A stretch of DNA of 59,575 nucleotides, counting the filler. It is 3 parts of 3 records of this genome, joined end to end, with 100 filler letters (N's around TTAATTAATTAA, not from the genome) between each part and the next. Parts side by side here need not be neighbours in the genome. Positions count along the whole stretch, not along the records: positions 45,234 to 59,575 come from SRR22947727_851; 2 more parts are not named here. The stretch is one strand, 5' to 3'. Every line of letters starts with the position of its first letter. Within the stretch, counting starts at the first letter, position 1. Positions 45,350 to 55,094 of this stretch are shown piece after piece. The notes under the pieces are model-generated. The model saw nothing but the letters and a program-made list of their open reading frames with translations. It did not search any database and was not told where the DNA came from. The position numbers and the translations under genes are program-made.

Positions 45350-47040
45350 AGGGTGCCCTCCCGCCACTTTGTTCCGTAGACGGCGTCAGCCTCGACGTCG
45401 CTAATTAATCCGCGCGCCACATCGCGGGCGATGGCCTCATGGCTGCGGTCATCAGCCCTGCCGTAGCCTCCACCTCCCGGTGTTTGTAGGCGTACAGCTT
45501 GCCCAGCTTTTAGAGTAATTCCACGCATCTTTGAGGTCAGCGGGGGGCTGTGCCATCCGTCATCTTGTTCGTATTGAAAAACATTGAGCGCAGCATCGCC
45601 ACCACCTGCGATTCCCTTGGGTGCGAAGCAACCACGCTCTCCAAAGAGAAAGGCTTCTGCGCCGTTTTCTTCAAGAACTTCAATTTCATAGATCGCGCCT
45701 AAGCCGCCGCGATGCGCCCCAGCTCCTGCGCTATCGGGGCGCAGAGCCCATGTTCGAAACATCACAGGATAGGCCGCTTCTAAAATTTCCATTGGCGGAA
45801 TTGTGGCGGTTGAGATTGGCGCGTTGCCATGGTTTAGACCGTCTGTCTCGATAGAGCCGCCGTGACCGCCTCCGTAGAAGGAAAACATGACCCATGGCTG
45901 GCCGTTTTTGCGCTTGCCTGCAATGGAAAGCGCATTGATTGTTCCGTATGCATTTGCAACCACCCGCTCCGGGGCAGCCTGCGCAAAGGCAGAAAATACA
46001 ACGTCAATCATACGCAGGATGGTTTCCGTATATCCGCCCGTTGGCGCGGGGAACTTCGCGGCCAGAAGGCTGTCTTCGGGCACGACGACCTCAATAGGGC
46101 GCATGACCCCAGCATTCGCAGGTAGCGCAGGAAAGATATGTTTGATTGCGACGTACGCTGTTGCCACGGCTGTCGGCAGGGCAATGTTTACAGGACCGGC
46201 GCATTGAGGAGCCGAGCCTGTGAAATCAAGAAGCATGGTGTCATCCTTGATTTCAAGAGCGATTCTGATCTTAAGCGGCGCATCATTGATCCCGTCGTTA
46301 TCCAGGTAATCTTCCGCTTCCCAGCGCCCATCTGGCAGCTCCGTCAACTCTGAGCGCATGAGCGCCTCAGCGCGGTGGCCCAAGGCTTCAAGTGCGGCTG
46401 TGATCGTCACGCCACCATATTCATCTAGCAGCTCATCCATCCGCTTCACACCCAGATCGAGCGCGCCCAACTGACCGTTGAGATCGCCCATGGCGGATTG
46501 TGGCAGGCGGGTGTTGCGCATCAGAATGTCGATGATGTCTTGGTTCACCTTGCCGGCACGCGCAAGTTTCACGGGTGGCAAGTTAAAGGCTTCTTGGAAA
46601 ACATCAGTGGCGGCCGGGTTGTAATTTCCGGGAACAGCGCCGCCGACATCGTGCCAATGGCCGACCGAGGCGAGATAGCAAAACAGCTCACCCGCGTGAT
46701 AATATGGACGCACCAAACGCATATCTGACAGATGTGTGCCGCCAATATGGGCATCATTGAAGATGTAAATGTCGCCATCTTGCAAATCGCCGTCTTTGGC
46801 AGCTTTCTCGATCACGGCCTTGACCGCAAAAGACATCACACCAACGAATATTGGCAATCCCGATTTGCCTTGCACCAAAGTGTCGCCCGAGACCGCATGA
46901 TAAAGCCCATGGCTGGCATCATGCGCCTCGGCGATGATGGGATTAAAGGCCGCACGAAAGAGGGTTGCGTCCATTTCATCTGCAATTTGTTCCATCCTGC
47001 CCGCAAGCACCGATAGGGTTATTGGATCAATTTCACTCAT
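45346..47040 (-). CDS. Hydantoinase B/oxoprolinase-family subunit
   Basis: DPITLSV, GGTHLSD, GHWHDVGG, PDSAGAG.HRGG, TPGGGGYG; start MSEIDP at 47040. Confidence 0.92.
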   Translation of the reverse strand: MSEIDPITLSVLAGRMEQIADEMDATLFRAAFNPIIAEAHDASHGLYHAVSGDTLVQGKSGLPIFVGVMSFAVKAVIEKAAKDGDLQDGDIYIFNDAHIGGTHLSDMRLVRPYYHAGELFCYLASVGHWHDVGGAVPGNYNPAATDVFQEAFNLPPVKLARAGKVNQDIIDILMRNTRLPQSAMGDLNGQLGALDLGVKRMDELLDEYGGVTITAALEALGHRAEALMRSELTELPDGRWEAEDYLDNDGINDAPLKIRIALEIKDDTMLLDFTGSAPQCAGPVNIALPTAVATAYVAIKHIFPALPANAGVMRPIEVVVPEDSLLAAKFPAPTGGYTETILRMIDVVFSAFAQAAPERVVANAYGTINALSIAGKRKNGQPWVMFSFYGGGHGGSIETDGLNHGNAPISTATIPPMEILEAAYPVMFRTWALRPDSAGAGAHRGGLGAIYEIEVLEENGAEAFLFGERGCFAPKGIAGGGDAALNVFQYEQDDGWHSPPLTSKMRGITLKAGQAVRLQTPGGGGYGRADDRSHEAIARDVARGLISDVEADAVYGTKWREGTL

Positions 47041-47603
47041 GTATTTGCCCTCACTTCGGCCATATCGTTCCAAACATCCTGCTTGGTAATCTTTCCATCA
47101 ACGACTTCGAAGCGATCAATAAAACGGATGCTTTCAAAGCAGCTGCCATCGTGGTATTCGCCTTGCAACGTGCCGCGGCAATAGACGATGGAGGCCTCGT
47201 CTGGGCTCTGAAGCGCATCAAAACCTTCATATGTTTTTGTGACAAATTTGTAGCGTGGCTTCGACCATTGTATCAGCGCGTCAAGCGTCGTCATTGGCCC
47301 GGTGCCGGGGAAAGACATTGTAAAGCCCTGAGCCAACAATGCGCCTGCCTTTGTCAGATCACGCGCTTCCATGGCTGAGAGATAATCTTTTACGATGAGC
47401 TCTGGGTCCGGCCTTGCCGCTGCCGGTCTGCGCTGGATACGACCGCGATAGTAATTTTCGGTTGGCATGTCATGAATCATGATCGTGACAAGCTCTGGGG
47501 TAGCTGGGACCACGAATCGCACAGCATCTGTCAAAGCCTGACCAAGGCGTTGTTTTTCTGATGAATCATAGCCTTCTAATACGTGCAGTTCGACCACAGG
47601 CAT
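47037..47603 (-). CDS. 4-oxalocrotonate tautomerase-like (Pro1) domain fused to SnoaL/NTF2-like domain
   Basis: MPVVELHVLEGY..EKQRL..ALTDAV, then IVKDYLSAMEARD...IRFIDRFEVVDGKITKQDVWND. Confidence 0.82.
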   Translation of the reverse strand: MPVVELHVLEGYDSSEKQRLGQALTDAVRFVVPATPELVTIMIHDMPTENYYRGRIQRRPAAARPDPELIVKDYLSAMEARDLTKAGALLAQGFTMSFPGTGPMTTLDALIQWSKPRYKFVTKTYEGFDALQSPDEASIVYCRGTLQGEYHDGSCFESIRFIDRFEVVDGKITKQDVWNDMAEVRANT

Positions 47604-47633
47604 CGCCGTCTCCCTCGCTTAACCTGTACTATC

Positions 47634-47652
47634 TGTAATACATATATTGTAT
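47634..47652. promoter_or_regulatory. Candidate GntR/HutC-type operator in divergent promoter
   Basis: TGTAATACA overlapping ATACA-N5-TGTAT dyad in AT-rich gap. Confidence 0.35.
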
Positions 47653-47747
47653 CTTTCCAGATTTTTTTTTTGGATATTCTGAATACTAATACTTGCTTTT
47701 GTAGGGAACATATTTACGCTCAACTGGGTACGGTTGAGGAATCATGA

Positions 47748-48548
47748 ATGCGGGCTGAGTCTGTTCAGATATTGCCAAAGGGGACCAAGGCGCTCCGTGT
47801 TTACCTTTCAGTGCGCGATCAGATTACGGTCGGTGATCTGCGAGATGGTGAAACCCTACCCAGCGAGCAGAAACTCGCCGAGGCTTTTGGTGTCAGTCGA
47901 GTCACTGTCCGTCGTGGGCTGGACGCACTGGCGCAGGGAGGCTTTATAGAGCGCCGGGCTGGAAGCGGAACGAAGGTTCGCGCGCGCCCAGCAGTGGCCC
48001 AGCGCGCTGCCATGAATTTCAACACACTCATGCCGCAACTGGTCGAGATGGGCCAAAAGACGACCGCGCGGCTGTTATCATTCACCTACGGTGGCGCGCC
48101 CGATTTCGTGTCCCTCGCGATGGGGTTTAAGCGAGATATCGAAGTTCAGATTGCGACGCGGGTTCGGCTTGCGGGCAATGTTCCATTTTCTCATTTGACA
48201 ACTTATGTGCCGGCTCAGATTGCGCAAAACTATTCCGAGAATGATCTGGCCACAACGCCGCTCTTTCAGCTTTTGGAGCGAAGTGGCGTGCAGATAAAGG
48301 AGGCGCATCAATCCGTAAGCGCCACCTTGGCCGGTCCTGAAGTCGCTAAGGCTCTTGATGTTGAAGTTGGCTCGGCATTGCTCTCATTGCGGCGGGTTGT
48401 GCGGGATGTGCATGGAGACGGTGTCGAGTACCTCGCAGGGCTCTACAGACCCGATATGTTCCGGCTCGAAATGCCGCTCATGCGTGTTGGGCAGGGCTCC
48501 GCGCGCCATTGGGAACCTGCCATTGGCAAGGATGAGGGCGGCATATGA
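47748..48548 (+). CDS. GntR-family (HutC/UTRA) regulator
   Basis: LPSEQKLAEAFGVSRVTVRR..GSGT plus UTRA-like C-terminus. Confidence 0.92.
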   Translation: MRAESVQILPKGTKALRVYLSVRDQITVGDLRDGETLPSEQKLAEAFGVSRVTVRRGLDALAQGGFIERRAGSGTKVRARPAVAQRAAMNFNTLMPQLVEMGQKTTARLLSFTYGGAPDFVSLAMGFKRDIEVQIATRVRLAGNVPFSHLTTYVPAQIAQNYSENDLATTPLFQLLERSGVQIKEAHQSVSATLAGPEVAKALDVEVGSALLSLRRVVRDVHGDGVEYLAGLYRPDMFRLEMPLMRVGQGSARHWEPAIGKDEGGI

Positions 48549-49951
48549 AGCCGACCTCTCAAACCATGTTGGACAAGCTTTGGGCTGCGCATGAAGTGTT
48601 GCGGCGCAACGACGGTGTTTCGCTGCTTTGGATTGACCGCCATCTGGTTCATGAGGGGTCGCATCATGCTTTTGCCAAACTCAAAGAGCGGGGACTATCT
48701 GTTTGCGAGCCTGATCTGACGTTTGCTTTCGTTGACCATTATGCGCCGACGCGACGCAGTTCGCAGACCTGTGACCCGCAGATATTGGGCATGATCCAGA
48801 CACTGCGCCAGAACGCTCATGACCATGGGGTCCGCCTCTATGATCTGGATGACCCAAGACAGGGCATCGCCCATGTGGTGGGCCCCGAAGAGGGCTTGAC
48901 GCTGCCCGGTTTGCTCATCAATTGCGGTGATAGCCATACGTCAACCCACGGTGCCTTTGGTGCGCTGGCCTTTGGTATTGGCGCGACAGAAGTGGCCCAT
49001 GTGCTGGCCACGCAAACCATATGGCAGCGCAAACCAAAATCCATGCGCATCCGTGTCGAAGGCGCCTTGGGTTTCGGCGTCGCGGCTAAGGATATAGCGC
49101 TTGGCTGGATTGGCAAGCTGGGAACCGATGGGGCGCAAGGCCATGCCGTGGAATACGCAGGCGCCGTCATCAGAGGGCTGTCCATGGAAGGCCGGATGAC
49201 GCTGTGCAACATGTCGATTGAGGGCGGCGCACGATTTGGGATCATAGCGCCAGACGAGACAACCTTCGCTTATATCAAAGACCGTCCCTTTGCGCCGAAA
49301 GCCGCGGCATGGGAACAAGTCTGTGCGGAGTGGCGCGCGCTTTGCAGTGATAAAGATGCTCAGTTTGACCGTGAGGTGGTGTTGGATGCCTCTGAGATCG
49401 CACCGACCGTGACTTGGGGCACCAGTCCAGAGCAAGCGCTGCCGATAACGGCCGCAGTGCCGGCGGCGGATGATGTGACGCCCGCCAAACGTGAGGCTGT
49501 CCGTGATGCGCTCGAGTATATGGGGCTCAAGGCTGGTGATAAGCTTGAGGGTACGGCAGTGGATCAAGTCTTTATCGGCTCGTGCACCAATGGGCGAATA
49601 GAGGATTTGCGCGAAGCGGCGCATGTGCTCAAGGGCCGTAAGGCAAAGATACCTGGTCAGGTCTCTCCTGGTTCTGCCAAGGTCAAAGCTCAGGCTGAAG
49701 CGGAGGGGCTTGACCAGATATTCAGGTCAGCTGGCCTGGATTGGGTCGCCTCTGGTTGCTCAATGTGTGTTGGGATGAATGGTGATCTTGTTGAGAAAGG
49801 CCAGCGCTGCGCATCCTCAACCAATCGCAATTTCAAGGGGCGCCAAGGGCGCGGTGCGCGCACACATCTCATGAGCCCGGCGATGGTTGCTGCGGCTTCA
49901 GTCACGGGCATGCTCACAGATGTGCGCCGGCTTCTTGAGGGGCGCCAGTGA
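48545..49951 (+). CDS. LeuC-like [4Fe-4S] hydratase/isomerase large subunit (probably catabolic paralog)
   Basis: CGDSHTSTHGAFG, IGSCTNGR, GCSMC, STNRNFKGRQG. Confidence 0.9.
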   Translation: MKPTSQTMLDKLWAAHEVLRRNDGVSLLWIDRHLVHEGSHHAFAKLKERGLSVCEPDLTFAFVDHYAPTRRSSQTCDPQILGMIQTLRQNAHDHGVRLYDLDDPRQGIAHVVGPEEGLTLPGLLINCGDSHTSTHGAFGALAFGIGATEVAHVLATQTIWQRKPKSMRIRVEGALGFGVAAKDIALGWIGKLGTDGAQGHAVEYAGAVIRGLSMEGRMTLCNMSIEGGARFGIIAPDETTFAYIKDRPFAPKAAAWEQVCAEWRALCSDKDAQFDREVVLDASEIAPTVTWGTSPEQALPITAAVPAADDVTPAKREAVRDALEYMGLKAGDKLEGTAVDQVFIGSCTNGRIEDLREAAHVLKGRKAKIPGQVSPGSAKVKAQAEAEGLDQIFRSAGLDWVASGCSMCVGMNGDLVEKGQRCASSTNRNFKGRQGRGARTHLMSPAMVAAASVTGMLTDVRRLLEGRQ

Positions 49952-50562
49952 TGGCTGGCTGGAGCACACATATAGGCATGGCCGTGTGTCTGCCACAGGC
50001 GAATATCGATACCGACCAACTGATCCCTGCGCGCTTTATGTCCGTGCCACGGGCGCAGGGTTACGGGCGCTTTCTTTTGCATGACATGCGCCGCGAGGAG
50101 GCGGGGGATTTGAAGGCTGATTTCCCGCTCAATGCCCAGGACGGCATGAGCGTGTTGATCGCGGGCCGCAATTTTGGCAGCGGATCCTCGCGGGAGGCGG
50201 CGGTCTATGCGTTGGTTGATTCAGGCATCCGTGCCGTGTTTGCGCCAAGTTTTGGGGATATTTTTGCGTCAAATGCCGTGAACAATGGGCTGTTACCGGC
50301 TCAGATTGACGAAGCGACTTACGAGACACTTTCGCAGACCTTAGAGCGCAGGCCTCAAACCATCACGATAGATCTTGGCGCCCGCAGTCTTCAGCTTGGG
50401 TCTATTGGGGCGCGTTTCTCAATCGATGACAGTTGGGCGCTGAAATTGATCAATGGCTGGGACGACATTGATCTTACGCGCCATCACAGAGCGGCCATCG
50501 CTGCGTTCAAAAATACTCGATATCAAACCACCGCTTGGGCCTGGCCCAACGGCGCGGATTGA
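49948..50562 (+). CDS. LeuD-like small subunit
   Basis: NIDTDQLIPARF, NFGSGSSREAA, SFGDIF..N..NNG. Confidence 0.9.
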   Translation: MMAGWSTHIGMAVCLPQANIDTDQLIPARFMSVPRAQGYGRFLLHDMRREEAGDLKADFPLNAQDGMSVLIAGRNFGSGSSREAAVYALVDSGIRAVFAPSFGDIFASNAVNNGLLPAQIDEATYETLSQTLERRPQTITIDLGARSLQLGSIGARFSIDDSWALKLINGWDDIDLTRHHRAAIAAFKNTRYQTTAWAWPNGAD

Positions 50563-50622
50563 AAAAGCCGCCATCTGCGCGGGCAATGGGGGTGCAAGCC
50601 TCAAAACAGGGAGAAAGAAACG

Positions 50623-51636
50623 ATGAAGATGAAACTACTGGGGAGCCTCCTAGCCGGGGCCACACTCGTTGCGGGCACGCTTAAAGCTGAAGAGACAATA
50701 TCGGCCGTGCACGCATTTCCTGAAACTTTAATTTACACAAAAAGCTTTTTGAGCTTTGTCGATAAGGTCAATGCAAAAGGCGCGGGCGTCATCCAGATTG
50801 ACGTGCGCGGTGGGCCTGAAGCGATTGGCATGTTCCAACAGCCTGACGCCGTGCGCGATGGTATCGTTGATATGGTCTATACGCCTGGCTCGTTTTACGG
50901 AGGAGCTCTTCCAGAGAAAGACGCTATGGTGTCGTCAAATCTGACAGCGGTTGAAACGCGTAAAAATGGTGGCACTGCGCTGATCGACCAGATTCATCAA
51001 GAAAAAATGGGCCTTAAGTACCTCGGTTGGTTCGACAGTGGTGTTTGCTACAATCTGTGGACGCGTGAGCAACCCACCTTTGATGCGGCGGGCAACCTCG
51101 AAGTCAATGGTTTGAAGCTACGTGGGAACAACGTTTATAATGCATTCTTCACGAATTATCTTGGCGCGCAGGTCATTGATTTGCCAACAGGTGAAGTCTA
51201 CTCTGCGCTTCAGCGCGGCGTTGTCGATGCGACAGGTTGGACTCAGATTGGCCTGATTGATCTGAAGTGGAACGAGTTTTTGAACTACCGCATCGAACCT
51301 TGCTTCTTTTCGACAGATCTCGGTGTGATTGTGAACAACGAAAAGTGGAACTCGCTTTCTGATGAGGCCAAAAAAATCCTTCAAGATGTGGCAATTCAGC
51401 ACGAGCAAGACAGTGTTAAAGCCTTGCGCGCCAAACGGGATGACGACTTTGCCGCGCTTGATGCTGCGGGCATGAAAGTCGTGTCGCTAGAAGGCACAGC
51501 CAAAGCCAATTACCTTGCCGCGGCACGGGAGAAAACATTGGAGCGTATGAAGGAAGTTATGTCCGGACAGCCCGGCGGCACAGGCAATTATGATCGCTTG
51601 GTTGAGCTGTTTTACGATCTCAATGCAGCAAAATAA
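50623..51636 (+). CDS. dctP: TRAP transporter substrate-binding protein
   Basis: Signal peptide, GLKLR, GEVYSALQRGVVDA, WNSLSD. Confidence 0.9.
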   Translation: MKMKLLGSLLAGATLVAGTLKAEETISAVHAFPETLIYTKSFLSFVDKVNAKGAGVIQIDVRGGPEAIGMFQQPDAVRDGIVDMVYTPGSFYGGALPEKDAMVSSNLTAVETRKNGGTALIDQIHQEKMGLKYLGWFDSGVCYNLWTREQPTFDAAGNLEVNGLKLRGNNVYNAFFTNYLGAQVIDLPTGEVYSALQRGVVDATGWTQIGLIDLKWNEFLNYRIEPCFFSTDLGVIVNNEKWNSLSDEAKKILQDVAIQHEQDSVKALRAKRDDDFAALDAAGMKVVSLEGTAKANYLAAAREKTLERMKEVMSGQPGGTGNYDRLVELFYDLNAAK

Positions 51637-51644
51637 GCCCTTTC

Positions 51645-51671
51645 GCAGGTCCACCCTTCGGGCGGGCCTGC
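51645..51671 (+). terminator. Hairpin after dctP (mRNA stabiliser or partial terminator)
   Basis: GCAGGTCC...TTCG...GGGCCTGC imperfect stem. Confidence 0.45.
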
Positions 51672-51692
51672 GTTGTCCATGAAAGACGATCT

Positions 51693-52193
51693 ATGATCAA
51701 TACCACATATAAAACACTGCTATACGTGATGGCCGGGATTTCGGGTCTCACATTGGTCTGGATCATGGTCTCTGTGATCGCTTCGGTGTTGATGCGCAAT
51801 TTTGGGCTTCAGCCTTTTGCTTGGCTTTTTACTTCGGCAGAATATGGTCTTCTCTACATGACGATGTTGGGTGCACCCTGGCTGGTCCGTGAGAAAGGGC
51901 ATGTTCATATCGAATTGCTGACATCCGCCTTGTCGGAGGGGCCGCGCCAATTGCTGAGCCGCGCTGTTGCGCTCGCCTGTGTTGTGGTCTGTGCAATTCT
52001 CGCATGGAAAGGAATAGAGCTGGTGTTGACCAATCTGGAGCGCGGCGACTTTGATACCCGCGCCTATTACTATCCGCGCTGGCTGCTCAGCATTACTTTT
52101 CCGCTCTCATTTGGCCTTATGGCCGTTGAATTTTCCCGTTTCGTCTTTGGCTCTGAGCTGATGCACAGCGGTGAAGCTGGGATACATGAATAA
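51693..52193 (+). CDS. dctQ: TRAP small permease
   Basis: Four TMs, LGAPWLVREKGHVHIEL. Confidence 0.9.
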   Translation: MINTTYKTLLYVMAGISGLTLVWIMVSVIASVLMRNFGLQPFAWLFTSAEYGLLYMTMLGAPWLVREKGHVHIELLTSALSEGPRQLLSRAVALACVVVCAILAWKGIELVLTNLERGDFDTRAYYYPRWLLSITFPLSFGLMAVEFSRFVFGSELMHSGEAGIHE

Positions 52194-53500
52194 TGGAATG
52201 GTTTGAGGCGCTCGCCCTGCTGCTCGGCACAATTATGCTTCTCATGGCTGTTGGCATGCCCATAGCGCTGGCCTTTTTGGCAGCCAATATCATCGGTGCA
52301 TGGGTGTTCATGGGCGGAGAGCGTGGCATCACCCAACTTTTAAACAACGGGCTTGGCTCGCTCACAAAATACGCGCTGATGCCGATCCCATTGTTTTTAC
52401 TTATGGGGGAAATATTCTTCCATACAGGACTTGGCGGCCGTATGTTCACCGCAATTGACAAATTGCTGGGTCGTCTTCCGGGGCGCTTAAGTTATGTAAC
52501 AGTTTTGGGCGGCACTGCTTTTTCGACCCTGTCAGGCTCGTCCATGGGGTCAACCGCGCTTTTGGGCTCGCTCATGGTTCCAGAGATGAGCCGTCGTGGC
52601 TATAAATCCCACATGAGTATTGGCCCGATCCTCGGAACCGGAGGTCTGGCGATTATTATTCCGCCATCGGCTTTGGCTGTCCTTCTTGCAACGCTGGCGC
52701 AGATTGATGTGGCGGCTTTGCTGCTTGCCGGTGTGATACCGGGTCTCGTTCTTGCTGGTTTTTATATCGCCACCATTTGGATTCAGACTCAAATCGACCC
52801 AACGGCCGCGCCAGCCTATGAGGTTGAGCGGCTGTCTTTTGCCAAAAAGATTGGCCTGCTCCTGCGGGAGGTCGTCCCAATGGTGAGTGTGATGATCATT
52901 ATCATTGTGCTGATGATCCAGGGGTTTGTGACCCCTTCGGAAGCCGCTGCCTTTGGCGCTTTGGGTGTACTTGTTCTTGCAGCAGTGTTTCGCTGCCTCA
53001 CTTGGGAGGCTATGAAAAAGTCTGTCATCGGGGCTTTGAGGGTAACACTCATGGCTTATTTGATTGTCTTCGGATCGGCAACATTCAGTCAGCTGCTCGC
53101 TTTCTCGGGTGCGTCGCGTGGGCTGGTCAGCTGGGCGACCAGTTTTGATTTGGCGCCCCTGGCCATGCTGATGGTGATGTTTGCTGTGCTCTTGCTGCTG
53201 GGCATGTTCATGGAGCAGATCTCAATCATGCTGCTGACTGTGCCGATCTTTTTCCCTCTGGCCCAAACACTCGGTTTTGATCCGATTTGGTTTGCGTTGA
53301 TCATGCTACTCTCCTTGGAGATTAGCTTTACAACCCCACCATTCGGGCTTTTATTGTTCGTGATGAAGGGGGTATCTCCGCCAGAAACGACGATGCGAGA
53401 GATATACACCTCAGCTTTCCCTTACATCTTTTGCTCGCTATTCTTGGTGATATTGCTGATTGTCTTTCCTCAAATAGCACTGTGGTTGCCGGCATTGTGA
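52193..53500 (+). CDS. dctM: TRAP large permease
   Basis: PIPLFLLMGE, SGSS, IIIPPS, TPSEAAA, TPPFG. Confidence 0.93.
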   Translation: MEWFEALALLLGTIMLLMAVGMPIALAFLAANIIGAWVFMGGERGITQLLNNGLGSLTKYALMPIPLFLLMGEIFFHTGLGGRMFTAIDKLLGRLPGRLSYVTVLGGTAFSTLSGSSMGSTALLGSLMVPEMSRRGYKSHMSIGPILGTGGLAIIIPPSALAVLLATLAQIDVAALLLAGVIPGLVLAGFYIATIWIQTQIDPTAAPAYEVERLSFAKKIGLLLREVVPMVSVMIIIIVLMIQGFVTPSEAAAFGALGVLVLAAVFRCLTWEAMKKSVIGALRVTLMAYLIVFGSATFSQLLAFSGASRGLVSWATSFDLAPLAMLMVMFAVLLLLGMFMEQISIMLLTVPIFFPLAQTLGFDPIWFALIMLLSLEISFTTPPFGLLLFVMKGVSPPETTMREIYTSAFPYIFCSLFLVILLIVFPQIALWLPAL

Positions 53501-53691
53501 ATGGGCAGAAATGCTGAAAGCACACCATTGCAGGGGCGGCTGAAACGCGGCTGAAACGGCACCGTTTTTTGAGTTAAGCTATTGATTATTTATGATTTTT
53601 GATCACTATAGCCAAAGTCTATTTTGAGGTTTATGTTTTTGTTCGCATTGGTCGAAAATGCCGAGAGCTTCAGTTTCTCGGCCGCAAAAAT

Positions 53692-53707
53692 TTTACCGTT
53701 TGATAAA
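53692..53707. promoter_or_regulatory. Degenerate RutR-type operator upstream of preT
   Basis: TTTACCGTTTGATAAA compared with TTGACCAnnTGGTCAA. Confidence 0.55.
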
Positions 53708-53756
53708 AAAATAATCTGTGCAATAGTGATTCTGTAATTTGATCGACGGAGGATCT

Positions 53757-55094
53757 ATGACCAATCCTATGACGCCAGGCATTGAAGCGGATCGCCTAAG
53801 CAACGAAGCGCTTGCACAAAACTTTGCAGACCTACATGTGCCACTCGAACCGCATGAAGTGCGGGTTGCGGCTGATCGCTGTTACTTTTGCTATGATGCA
53901 CCCTGTGTGACCGCCTGCCCGACGGATATCGATATTCCGCTATTCATCCGCCAAATTAGTACGGATAGGTCAGAGGCTGCGGCCAAAACGATTCTTGATA
54001 TGAATATTTTGGGCGGAATGTGTGCCCGTGTTTGCCCAACGGAAGTGCTTTGCGAACAAGCCTGCGTGCGTGAAGTTTCAGAGGGCAAGCCTGTTGAAAT
54101 TGGCCGCCTTCAACGCCACGCCACTGATCGTTTGATGGCAAAAAATATTCATCCCTTTGAGCGTGCAGCCGCCACTGGCAAGAAGGTTGCCGTGGTTGGG
54201 GCGGGTCCTGCGGGGCTATCCTGCGCCCACCGATTGGCATTAAAGGGGATCGACGTGACGATCTATGATGCCCGTTCTAAAGCAGGCGGCCTGAATGAAT
54301 ACGGGATCGCCGCCTATAAATCCACAAATGACTTTGCCGCAAAGGAAGTGGCGTGGTTGTTGTCTATCGGTGGTATCACGATTGAAAACAACAAAACGCT
54401 GGGCGTGGACATGACGCTGGACTGCCTTAGCTCTGATTTCGATGCGGTTTTTCTGAGTGTTGGTTTGGGCGGCGTTAACGCCCTGAGCATGTCGAGTGAA
54501 GATGATACATGTATGTCAGACGCAGTTGGGTTCATTGAAACATTGAGACAAGCGACTGACCTGGCCAGCATACCCATTGGGCGCAACGTGGTTGTTATCG
54601 GTGGCGGCATGACAGCGGTTGATGCAGCTGTGCAGTCGAAATTGCTTGGTGCAGAGCAGGTCACTATTGCCTACCGACGGGGCCGCGAAGCCATGAGTGC
54701 GAGCCGCTATGAACAAGACCTCGCAGCGTCCCATGGCGTGAAGCTTTTGTTCAACGTCCAACCGGTAACACTAGAGACTTTGGAACCAAGCGCGGCGCTT
54801 GTCCTGGAATATACGGCGACAAAAGACGGTCGATTGACAGGTACAGGCGAGACCATGCGGATCTCTGCGGATCAAGTATTTTCTGCCATCGGTCAAACAC
54901 TTGCCACCGATGGTGGACTGGCACTTGATGGGCGCAAGATTTCTGTGACAGGTGCAGGTCGCACGAGCCGTGATCGGGTTTGGGCAGGTGGCGATTGCGC
55001 CTCCGGTGGTGATGATCTGACTGTAACTGCGGTCGCTGAAGGGCGCGATGCCGCAATGGATATTTATGCAACCTTAATGGGAGGGGCAAACTAA
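53757..55094 (+). CDS. preT: Dihydropyrimidine dehydrogenase subunit (GltD-like)
   Basis: RCYFCYDAPC...CP, GAGPAG, GGGMTAVD; start ATG 53757 after GGAGG. Confidence 0.92.
   Translation: MTNPMTPGIEADRLSNEALAQNFADLHVPLEPHEVRVAADRCYFCYDAPCVTACPTDIDIPLFIRQISTDRSEAAAKTILDMNILGGMCARVCPTEVLCEQACVREVSEGKPVEIGRLQRHATDRLMAKNIHPFERAAATGKKVAVVGAGPAGLSCAHRLALKGIDVTIYDARSKAGGLNEYGIAAYKSTNDFAAKEVAWLLSIGGITIENNKTLGVDMTLDCLSSDFDAVFLSVGLGGVNALSMSSEDDTCMSDAVGFIETLRQATDLASIPIGRNVVVIGGGMTAVDAAVQSKLLGAEQVTIAYRRGREAMSASRYEQDLAASHGVKLLFNVQPVTLETLEPSAALVLEYTATKDGRLTGTGETMRISADQVFSAIGQTLATDGGLALDGRKISVTGAGRTSRDRVWAGGDCASGGDDLTVTAVAEGRDAAMDIYATLMGGAN

Noticed and set aside
48545-50562. leuCD as housekeeping leucine biosynthesis genes
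   Set aside because: Coupled to a GntR regulator and TRAP transporter with no leuB or leuA, so gene symbols were withheld.
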